DNA of 64,000 nucleotides from Fidelibacterota bacterium (lineage in GTDB: Bacteria > Fidelibacterota > Marinisomatia > Marinisomatales > UBA1611): assembly GCA_018649625.1 (NCBI GenBank), contig JABIHN010000075.1:19798-83797 (forward strand). Reading direction: 5' to 3'. The notes beneath the pieces are model-generated. The model did no database searches. It was given only the letters and a program-made list of their open reading frames with translations, and was not told the origin of the DNA. The stretch's first letter is position 1. Each line of letters starts with the position of its first letter. Shown one piece after another: positions 22,098-30,071 of this stretch. Both the position numbers and the translations under genes were made by a program.

Positions 22098-22543
22098 TAG
22101 GCATTATCCTTCAATTGAATTTTAGCATAGCGGCCTGAAGCATATTTAACTTTTCGTTTTACCCAATCTAAATCTGACTTTATCCAAACATAAGCTAAGC
22201 CTACAATTAAAATTAGAAGAAAAATAGTCATCTCAACCATTGCCAAAAGACCAAGGTCTTTAAAGACGACCGCCCAAGGGAATAGGAAAACGACTTCTAC
22301 ATCAAAGATAAGAAATATAAGGGCAATCACATAAAACCGTATATTGAATTGTAGCCATGCAGATCCTTCTGACACTTCGCCACATTCGTAGGTTTCTAAT
22401 TTTTCTTTTGTTTTCTTAGATGGAGCAACTAGAGATTGAACAATCAGGGGCACAGCCACCATGATAATTCCTAAAATTACTGCAACAAGAACGGTTCCAA
22501 AATCACGATACATAAATATTATTTTAGGGAGGTAGTTAGACAT
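22097..22543 (-). CDS. nuoA: NADH-quinone oxidoreductase subunit A
   Basis: 148 aa, three TM helices, with YECGE and [15 protein letters not shown]. Confidence 0.9.
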   Translation of the reverse strand: MSNYLPKIIFMYRDFGTVLVAVILGIIMVAVPLIVQSLVAPSKKTKEKLETYECGEVSEGSAWLQFNIRFYVIALIFLIFDVEVVFLFPWAVVFKDLGLLAMVEMTIFLLILIVGLAYVWIKSDLDWVKRKVKYASGRYAKIQLKDNA

Positions 22544-22767
22544 GAAAGTTACTTCGTAGGTATTTGATGTGTCAAACTAAAAGTCACGAAATAATAATAA
22601 AAATTGCTTCATAAATGAATTTAAAGTGGTCATTTATAAAATAGGGCATAATTAAGTCCACTTTTTATATCTACAGTAATGTAATTCTCATTTTGTTCTA
22701 TTATTTATAATTTAATTAATTCAGATTTCAGACTGGTTCACATTCAAATATTCAATTAATTTTTTAT

Positions 22768-23670
22768 ATGTCATTTTTCAATTCTATTGTTACTAACGCT
22801 CTTCCAATACTACCAAAATGGTTTGCCAAGCCATTTGCTAAACCGTATGTAGCAGGTGAAACTGAAGATGATGCCATTATTCAAATTCGCAATTTAAATG
22901 AGAAAGGTTTTCTAACAACTGTAGATATTTTAGGTGAACATATAAATACAAAAGAAGATGCTAGATTGATTACATCACATTATTGCAATTTATATGACCG
23001 AATTAACCTAGAAGCACTTACCTGCAATATTTCACTAAAACCTACACATGTAGGGTTATATATTTCTCTTGCTGAAGCCATGGGAAATATCACAACTATT
23101 TTAAAAAAAGCAAAAGAGAATAATAACTTTTTGCGTATTGATATGGAAAATTCTCCTTTTACTGACCAGACATTTGAAATTTATAACCACTGTAAAACGA
23201 TTTACAATCAGGTCGGCGTCGTAATTCAATCTTACTTACATCGAAGCTTGAACGATGTTCAACATTTAGCGAATGAACAATTCAATTCTAGAATTTGCAA
23301 AGGGATTTATAAGGAATCAGAAAAAATAGCATACCATGAACCAGAAAAAATAAATGAAAACTTTTTGTCAATTGCCAAATCTATGATATTAAAAAAATCC
23401 TTCTCTGCGTATGCGACCCATGACCAAGACCTTATTGATCAATTGCTGAATTGGATTGAAACTGAAAAAATTTCAAAAGACCTCTTTGAATTTCAAGTGC
23501 TTTATGGTGTTCCAATGGGAGGACGATTGGAAGCTCTTTTGAATACGGGATATAAAGTTCGAGTCTATGTGCCTTACGGTCCAGATTGGTTTGATTATTC
23601 GGTCAGACGCTTGAACGAAAACCCAAAAGTAATATCATACGTGATGAAAAATATTTTTAGAACTAAATGA
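22768..23670 (+). CDS. Monofunctional proline dehydrogenase
   Basis: 300 aa with YVAGET, VDILGE, ISLKPTHVGL, RIDMENS, VIQSYLHRS, ATHD, EFQVLYGV and RRLNENP. Confidence 0.8.
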   Translation: MSFFNSIVTNALPILPKWFAKPFAKPYVAGETEDDAIIQIRNLNEKGFLTTVDILGEHINTKEDARLITSHYCNLYDRINLEALTCNISLKPTHVGLYISLAEAMGNITTILKKAKENNNFLRIDMENSPFTDQTFEIYNHCKTIYNQVGVVIQSYLHRSLNDVQHLANEQFNSRICKGIYKESEKIAYHEPEKINENFLSIAKSMILKKSFSAYATHDQDLIDQLLNWIETEKISKDLFEFQVLYGVPMGGRLEALLNTGYKVRVYVPYGPDWFDYSVRRLNENPKVISYVMKNIFRTK

Positions 23671-23752
23671 ACCATTACCTAAATAACTTTTACTACCTTA
23701 TCTCCTTTAAATAAATGCTACTTCATTAAACCCTTAAACACAATATAATAAT

Positions 23753-24154
23753 ATGAACGAAACTATTACATATGAAAAAATCTACAATATGAAAACAATT
23801 GCAGTGGTGGGTATGTCTCCAAAGCCCGAACGCCCTAGCCATTATGTTGCCATGTATTTGAAAGAAAATGGTTACTCTATAATTCCCGTTAATCCAGGGC
23901 ATAGAATAATTGCAGGAATGACATCTTATCCAAACCTGGAATCCATCCCTGAAAAAGTGGATGTTGTGAATATTTTCCGACAGTCTGAATACGTAATGCC
24001 CATTGTTGAATCCGCCATGGCAATAGATGCCAAAGCCATTTGGATGCAAGACCAAGTAATCAATGAAGAAGCTGCCCAAAAAGCTGAAGATGCCGGACTC
24101 ATGGTTGTGATGAATAATTGTATGTTGAGACAGCATCGAATAATGAATGAATAA
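23753..24154 (+). CDS. CoA-binding domain protein (YccU/YneT-like)
   Basis: 133 aa with KTIAVVGMSPKPERPSHYV, GYSIIPVNPG and VDVVNIFR. The longer antisense ORF 23726..24184 is judged spurious. Confidence 0.75.
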   Translation: MNETITYEKIYNMKTIAVVGMSPKPERPSHYVAMYLKENGYSIIPVNPGHRIIAGMTSYPNLESIPEKVDVVNIFRQSEYVMPIVESAMAIDAKAIWMQDQVINEEAAQKAEDAGLMVVMNNCMLRQHRIMNE

Positions 24155-24202
24155 TATCATTGAACAAATTATGTATTTAAACATTAATTACAGGAATAGC
24201 TG

Positions 24203-24865
24203 ATGAAAACTCTTACTGAACGAGCAAATAAACTCGAAAATGATGGTATTTTTTTGGGTGGTCCTGTTAAGTTTTTCGAAACGGCAGGACGAAAACAGCT
24301 AATAACTTTGCTAAGCAAAGGATTAACACCCACTTCCAAAGTTTTGGATATTGGCTGCGGGTGTTTACGAGGTGGTTATTGGCTCATACACTTCCTAGAC
24401 AAAGGGTGTTATTTTGGTATTGAACCTAATACTGAAATGCTGGATGCCGGGTTAAAGACACTATTGGAGCCTGAACTCTTGAACTTAAAGACACCCAGGT
24501 TTAACCCTAATTCAACTTTTGATTTTAGTATCTTTGAAGAAAAATTCGATTTTATTGTAGCCCGATCCATTTGGACACATGCATCTAAGGAACAAATTCA
24601 AACCATGTTAGATGAGTTTGTAATATCCGTTAACCCAAATGGAATGTTTATTACTTCTTACATAAAACCTACCTTATTTAAACGCGAATACAATAATTCC
24701 AAATGGATTGGAATAAGCCACGAGTCAAACCAACCTGGAATCGCCAGACATAGTTTAAGTTGGATTTGGTCTGAATGCCGAAAACGAAGTTTAAATGTTT
24801 CTGAAATTAAGGGGCATGAATATAACTTCGGAAATCAAATGTGGATCAAGATTCAACGTGATTAA
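24203..24865 (+). CDS. Class I SAM-dependent methyltransferase, substrate unknown
   Basis: 220 aa with motif I VLDIGCGCLRGG and post-I GIEPN. Confidence 0.55.
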   Translation: MKTLTERANKLENDGIFLGGPVKFFETAGRKQLITLLSKGLTPTSKVLDIGCGCLRGGYWLIHFLDKGCYFGIEPNTEMLDAGLKTLLEPELLNLKTPRFNPNSTFDFSIFEEKFDFIVARSIWTHASKEQIQTMLDEFVISVNPNGMFITSYIKPTLFKREYNNSKWIGISHESNQPGIARHSLSWIWSECRKRSLNVSEIKGHEYNFGNQMWIKIQRD

Positions 24866-25100
24866 ATTTTACAATAATAATTGATAGGATCATAAATCTC
24901 AAAAAAATTAACCAAAATGGTTTACCATTTATTTAAAAAAAATAAAAAGCCCAAACGCAAATAACAATTAAACCAATTGTCCAAAATTCATTGATAGAAA
25001 GTATAAGCAGTTCTTTGATGATCAATTTTATAAATCTTTTTTTTCATAAAAAAATGGACACAAATCATTCTTAAAAAAACGTAATTCTATTTCAAAATAA

Positions 25101-25643
25101 ATGCATAGAAATAATCTTTTTAAAAAATTGAATCTATATTCACCTCAGGATTCAAATGAATTAACAATGTATAATTCATTACTTCAATTTATAGACAAAA
25201 CTCCAGACTGCTTTAATTCTAAATTAGATACCGGACATATTACTGGATCAGCATGGATTCTTGATTACAAAAAGAATAGTGTGTTATTAACTCATCATAA
25301 AAAACTAAACAAATGGCTTCAATTAGGTGGGCATGCTGATGGTGACTCTGATATTCTATCCGTTGCTGAAAGAGAAGCAGAAGAAGAATCTGGCCTTAAA
25401 TCTATAAAATATTTGTCTTATGACATTTTCGATATTGATGTACATATCATTCCCAGAAACCAGAACACACTTGAACATTCTCATTATGATATTAGATTTT
25501 TATTCGAAGCAAATATAAATGAGCCCTTAATTGTGAGCAAAGAATCAATCGATTTATTATGGGTTAGCCTAAATAATGTTTATAAATTAAACTCAAATGA
25601 ATCAATTTCGAGAATGGTCAATAAATCAAAAACCCTTACATAA
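25101..25643 (+). CDS. NUDIX hydrolase
   Basis: 180 aa with Nudix box GGHADGDSDILSVAEREAEEESGL, preceded by GHITGSAWIL. Confidence 0.8.
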   Translation: MHRNNLFKKLNLYSPQDSNELTMYNSLLQFIDKTPDCFNSKLDTGHITGSAWILDYKKNSVLLTHHKKLNKWLQLGGHADGDSDILSVAEREAEEESGLKSIKYLSYDIFDIDVHIIPRNQNTLEHSHYDIRFLFEANINEPLIVSKESIDLLWVSLNNVYKLNSNESISRMVNKSKTLT

Positions 25644-25923
25644 TACAGATATATTAGCGCAAACTATAGATATTTTATTTCAACTGATTGAAAAAGTTTT
25701 TACCCTCATTAATTCATCAGCCACGAAGGTCGCCAAGTTTCACGAAGAAAAAAGATAAAATGTTGACAAAAATAAAATTACAAAGTATGGATACATCATT
25801 CATTGTATCTCCTTTGTTATCAGCCTTTTGTGTTTTTTGGGTGCTTGCATCTCCGTCATGCGTCGGAACTGTAAGCCCGTGTTTTTTGCGGGACATTTTG
25901 TGGGGAATAATCCAGGTTATTAA

Positions 25924-27216
25924 ATGATAAAAAAAATTATTCTACTAATCATTCCACTGATCTCTTATAGTTTAGATAATGAATCAATAAATTTTCCACC
26001 CGACCAAAGCATTGAAGCTAGAATCGATAAATATAGAAAAAAGTCTATAATTATTGTGTGTAAAGATGAAAATGGCACCCCAATTAAATCCGGGTCGATT
26101 GCTATCATAGAACAACAAAAACATGATTTTCTATTTGGGTCTAATATATTCAAATTTAATAAATGTAAAACAGAAAATCAAAATATTGCCTATGCCTCCT
26201 ATTTTTCAGAGATATTCAATTTCGCCACTCTACCCTTCTACTGGTGGGGAGAAACAGAGAATCCAAAACGAATTGATAAACCTTGGCGCGAAGAAGTCAT
26301 TAAATGGTGTCATTCACAAAGCATAACAATTAAAGGACATCCTTTAGCTTGGAATTGGGAAGATCCAAGTTGGCTACCACAGGAAGCTAATACTGCTTAT
26401 AAATTACAAATGGATCGAATCGAAAAAATAATTCACCAATATAAAGAAGATATTATAATATGGGATGTCATCAATGAAGCCACAGCCTATGATAGAAAAT
26501 ATCCTTTACTTAATGCGCCTGTTCTTACAGAAGCAATTCATCAAAAAGGACTAAAACAATTTATAATCGATGGATTCACTATTGCTCGAGAATCCAATCC
26601 ACTTGGTATATATATCATAAATGACTTTAAAACTGGGCGAAAATTCAAAACTAAAGTACTGGACCCTTTAGCAATGAATGGTAAACCTTTATTTGATGTA
26701 ATTGGAATACAAACTCATATGCATAATGGATATTGGGGAGCAGACCGAGTTTGGACATTATGCGAGAAATTCAGTGAATTTGATACACCAATCCATTTTA
26801 CTGAAATTTCAATTCTTTCTGGAATAAAATCTGGAAACAAATGGGAATCGACCGTTCAAGGAGAAATAGATCAAGCTAAACAAGTGAAAGAGTTATATTC
26901 ACTCTTATTTTCGAATCCTAATGTAGAAGCTATTACGTGGTGGGATTTTTCAGATCAAGGAACTTGGAAAAATGCGCCTTCAGGGCTATTAAAAAAAGAC
27001 ATGTCGCCTAAACTTGCTTATTTAACTTTAAAAAAATTAATTAAGACCGATTGGTGGACCCGTGATACTTTGACTTTAAACGAGAGTGGACAAATCAAAC
27101 TCAACGGATTTTATGGTGAATATAATATTCAAATTCAAAATAATAATAAAATATTGAAAGGGGATTTTGAAATAAAAAAAGGGGAAACAAGTTCCATTAA
27201 AATCGAATTAAAATAA
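25924..27216 (+). CDS. Secreted glycoside hydrolase, GH10-like (endo-beta-1,4-xylanase family)
   Basis: 430 aa with a signal peptide. GHPLAWN and WDVINEA (acid/base Glu), IGIQTHMH, and HFTEISI (nucleophile Glu) match the GH10 layout. Confidence 0.7.
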   Translation: MIKKIILLIIPLISYSLDNESINFPPDQSIEARIDKYRKKSIIIVCKDENGTPIKSGSIAIIEQQKHDFLFGSNIFKFNKCKTENQNIAYASYFSEIFNFATLPFYWWGETENPKRIDKPWREEVIKWCHSQSITIKGHPLAWNWEDPSWLPQEANTAYKLQMDRIEKIIHQYKEDIIIWDVINEATAYDRKYPLLNAPVLTEAIHQKGLKQFIIDGFTIARESNPLGIYIINDFKTGRKFKTKVLDPLAMNGKPLFDVIGIQTHMHNGYWGADRVWTLCEKFSEFDTPIHFTEISILSGIKSGNKWESTVQGEIDQAKQVKELYSLLFSNPNVEAITWWDFSDQGTWKNAPSGLLKKDMSPKLAYLTLKKLIKTDWWTRDTLTLNESGQIKLNGFYGEYNIQIQNNNKILKGDFEIKKGETSSIKIELK

Positions 27217-27236
27217 TCTAATTTGTTAATAAATAC

Positions 27237-28115
27237 TCATCCACCACGTCTACCCCATCCCATTTTTGTCCTTAATGTTTTATAATAATCATAATCTTTA
27301 AAATCAATTAAATTAATCTTAAAATCAGTTTTTGTAATTTCAACAATACTTGATGGGTTTAATGATTCTTGGATCTGACCGTCTACAATCAATAAAATAG
27401 TTTTATTATTTTCTGGAAAAGTTACTTCAATTATTGAATCAGCAGGGACTACTAAGGGTCTAGATGTTAAAGAATGCGGTGAAATAGGTGTAATGACTAA
27501 TGAATCTACTGTGGGTGCTAAAATTGGGCCGCCGGCTGACAAAGAATATGCCGTAGAACCCGTTGGTGTTGATACAATTAGCCCATCTGCTTTATAATTA
27601 CCAACCCAATGTCCATTAACTTTTACCTTAGCTGTGAGCATCCGTCTAGATTCTCCATTGCTTATTACAAAATCATTGAACCCAATGTGATGAAAAATTT
27701 CGCCATTATTATTGAATGATGCTTTTACTAATATTCTTTTTTCTAAAATATAATCACCTAGTAATACTTGATTTAATCTAGTAAAAAGATCTTTTTTTGT
27801 GGCCTTAGCCAGAAAACCTAAATCACCGAGATGAATTCCAAGAATAGGAGTCTCATGATGCTCCATAGCCCGCGCTAAGGATAAAAATGTCCCATCTCCT
27901 CCTAAAACAACCATGAAATCCAACAGTCCTATTTGTTCCTTAGATTCAATTGCAGGATAAGCAGTATGAATACATTTTTCGTGGTTTAATATTCGAGTTG
28001 TAAAATGAACTTTTAAATCATTTTTATCCGCCCAAGATAATATTTTCGGATAGGTTTCCCAAAATGAATCCTTTTCAGTATTTCCCCAAATTCCAAATGA
28101 TTTCGGTAATTTCAT
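27237..28115 (-). CDS. nadK: NAD+ kinase
   Basis: 292 aa with VLGGDGTFL, NDFVI and DGLIVSTPTGSTAYSLSAGGPI. Confidence 0.92.
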   Translation of the reverse strand: MKLPKSFGIWGNTEKDSFWETYPKILSWADKNDLKVHFTTRILNHEKCIHTAYPAIESKEQIGLLDFMVVLGGDGTFLSLARAMEHHETPILGIHLGDLGFLAKATKKDLFTRLNQVLLGDYILEKRILVKASFNNNGEIFHHIGFNDFVISNGESRRMLTAKVKVNGHWVGNYKADGLIVSTPTGSTAYSLSAGGPILAPTVDSLVITPISPHSLTSRPLVVPADSIIEVTFPENNKTILLIVDGQIQESLNPSSIVEITKTDFKINLIDFKDYDYYKTLRTKMGWGRRGG

Positions 28116-28342
28116 TCAGAGTCCTTTAAAATAAAACTACCATCATTATTTTTAATTAATGATTGAACTTTTTGTTCTGCTTCCTTCAATTGATTTTGGC
28201 AAGAATTAATGAGTCCCATACCTTCTTCAAACCATTCCAAACTCTGCTCCAAAGTTGCTTCCCCAGATTCCATTTGATTTACGAGAGATTCCAATCGGTC
28301 AAGTGAAAACTCAAATGAAGGATTTTTTTCTTTTTTTGTCAT
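28112..28342 (-). CDS. xseB: Exodeoxyribonuclease VII small subunit
   Basis: 76 aa with FEFSLDRLESLVNQMESGEATLEQSL. Lies downstream of xseA. Confidence 0.88.
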   Translation of the reverse strand: MTKKEKNPSFEFSLDRLESLVNQMESGEATLEQSLEWFEEGMGLINSCQNQLKEAEQKVQSLIKNNDGSFILKDSE

Positions 28343-28359
28343 AATAAATAAACCATGTT

Positions 28360-29571
28360 TTATGGAGTTGAATGATTAGATATTTTTTGTGCATCTAAGG
28401 ATCCGTGCCCCGTTTTCAAAGTGAACGTTTCGTCAATTTTTATATCTGAAGAATTCCGTATTATCTCGCCCAATTGATTATATGCAATCGAATACCCTCT
28501 ATCCATAACTTGTTTGGGACCTAAATTTATTAATTGTTTTTCACCGGCAATTACTTTTCCGTTTAAATGGGAGAAAGATAATGAAATTCCATTTAGTATT
28601 CTTTGGTGGTACTGCTTTAATTTTTCAATTTGCCTTTGAATTTTCTTATGGGGTTGTTGAAGATTAATTCGATTTTCTAAATAATCAATTCGCACCCATA
28701 TCTGTTCTATTTTCCCTAAAAGATTTCGAATTAAATTCTGCTCTAGATTTGAGAATTGAGAATGAATTATTTCAGATGGAATACAGGCTATTTCAGCTGC
28801 TGCGGATGGGGTAGGCGCCCTAAAATCTGCAACAAAATCTGCAATTGTAAAATCTGTTTCATGACCTACCGCAGATACAATTGGAATGGTTGATTCAAAA
28901 TAGGAACGTGCAACCATTTCTTCATTGAATGCCCAAAGATCTTCAATAGAACCGCCACCACGACCAACAATAATAATATCAACGTTTTTAAACTCATTGA
29001 ATTCTATAATAGCCTTGGAAATGTCTAATGCTGAACCATTTCCTTGAACTTTTGCTGATCTAACAATTACATTTACATGAGGTGCTCGTCTTTCCAATAC
29101 ATTTAGGATATCTCTTAAAGCAGCACCTGAGCTCGAAGTAACAACTCCAATTGTCGATGGAAATTTGGGTATAGTTTTTTTATGCTCGGAATCGAATAAC
29201 CCTTCCGATGCTAAAGATAATTTTAATGCTTCAAATGCTTTAAATAAATCTCCCAACCCTGCAGGTTCCATTTTTGAAACCTTAAATTGGACTTGTCCTC
29301 TTTGTTCATAAATAGTAACTGAACCATAAACACGAACTTCCATCCCTTCATTGGGCATAAATTTTAAAAATTGATTGGCACCACGAAACATGACACAACG
29401 CATTTCACCTCGCCCATCTTTTAGAGTAAAATACATATGTCCTGATGATGGATGATGATGAAAATTGGAGATTTCTCCCGTCACCCAAATATCAGAAAGT
29501 GAATTCTCCAATAAATGACGTATCTGAGTATTCAATTCAGATACAGTATATTGACTCCGAAGTTCAGACAT
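28360..29571 (-). CDS. xseA: Exodeoxyribonuclease VII large subunit
   Basis: 403 aa: OB-fold N-terminus (YTVSELN...IWVTGEISNF), then GVVTSSSGAALRD, GRGGGSIEDLWAFN and a coiled-coil C-terminus. Confidence 0.92.
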   Translation of the reverse strand: MSELRSQYTVSELNTQIRHLLENSLSDIWVTGEISNFHHHPSSGHMYFTLKDGRGEMRCVMFRGANQFLKFMPNEGMEVRVYGSVTIYEQRGQVQFKVSKMEPAGLGDLFKAFEALKLSLASEGLFDSEHKKTIPKFPSTIGVVTSSSGAALRDILNVLERRAPHVNVIVRSAKVQGNGSALDISKAIIEFNEFKNVDIIIVGRGGGSIEDLWAFNEEMVARSYFESTIPIVSAVGHETDFTIADFVADFRAPTPSAAAEIACIPSEIIHSQFSNLEQNLIRNLLGKIEQIWVRIDYLENRINLQQPHKKIQRQIEKLKQYHQRILNGISLSFSHLNGKVIAGEKQLINLGPKQVMDRGYSIAYNQLGEIIRNSSDIKIDETFTLKTGHGSLDAQKISNHSTP

Positions 29572-29605
29572 AGGTCAGATTATTGGCATGATTAAGACAT
29601 TTAAT

Positions 29606-29640
29606 AACCTAGGCCAGCTAATTGGTAACTGGCCTAAGTT
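29606..29640 (-). terminator. Strong stem-loop immediately after the bS22-like ORF (possible terminator or processing site before xseA)
   Basis: Minus strand reads AACTTAGGCCAG-(11 nt)-CTGGCCTAGGTT, a 12-bp stem with one G-U, starting 3 nt after the stop codon. The tail ATTAAAT is only weakly U-rich. Confidence 0.45.
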
Positions 29641-29643
29641 AGA

Positions 29644-29736
29644 TTATTTCTTTTTCTTATGGCGATTAGCACGCAAACGTTTTTTACGTTTATGCGTATT
29701 CATCTTCTTCTTTTTTCTTTTTTTACCGCTTGGCAT
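29644..29736 (-). CDS. 30-aa highly basic peptide, bS22-like (AURKAIP1/COX24-type small ribosomal protein)
   Basis: Below the ORF-track size cutoff. My translation is MPSGKKRKKKKMNTHKRKKRLRANRHKKKK* (ATG 29736, TAA 29644). The gene lies 11 nt downstream of the HU-like gene. Confidence 0.65.
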   Translation of the reverse strand: MPSGKKRKKKKMNTHKRKKRLRANRHKKKK

Positions 29737-29747
29737 TTTTTTTCCGT

Positions 29748-30035
29748 TTATTTATTAATGAGTTCATTCACGCGAGATCGCATCAACTTACTCGGTTTAA
29801 AAGTTGGTACATATCGTTCAGGAAGATACACTGCTTCTCCTGTTCCTGGATTTCGTGCTTTTTTTGGCATGCGATATTTTATTCCAAAGCTGCCAAACCC
29901 CCGAAGCTCCACACGATCATTATTGGCAAGAGATTCAATAATTGTCCCCATTATCCCATTCATGACGGTTTCCGTTTCGACTTTTGTTAAACCGGTCGCT
30001 TCCGATACGATATTTACAATTTCTTGTTTAGTCAT
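29748..30035 (-). CDS. HU/IHF-family DNA-binding protein
   Basis: 95 aa with MTKQEIV, VELRGFGSF and ARNPGTGEAV. An AGGAGA lies 6-7 nt upstream of the ATG. Confidence 0.9.
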   Translation of the reverse strand: MTKQEIVNIVSEATGLTKVETETVMNGIMGTIIESLANNDRVELRGFGSFGIKYRMPKKARNPGTGEAVYLPERYVPTFKPSKLMRSRVNELINK

Positions 30036-30071
30036 TATCTTTCTCCTGGCTCTTTTTCACCTAATCAGTAT

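Noticed and set aside
23726-24184. A 152-aa minus-strand ORF completely covering the CoA-binding protein gene
   Set aside because: Its translation is rich in H/C/F/I with no recognisable motif. The plus-strand frame gives a clean CoA-binding domain. It is an antisense artefact of an AT-rich gene.
24913-24929. The palindrome AAATGGT-tt-ACCATTT after the methyltransferase gene as a terminator
   Set aside because: The stem is AT-rich, the loop is too small, and the downstream tract is A-rich rather than U-rich on the relevant strand.
25688-25786. The N-terminal part of the 79-aa track ORF starting at TTG 25688
   Set aside because: The Lys/Arg/Ser-rich translation of an A-rich spacer has no support. 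Only the distal 46 codons are kept, and only as a low-confidence observation.
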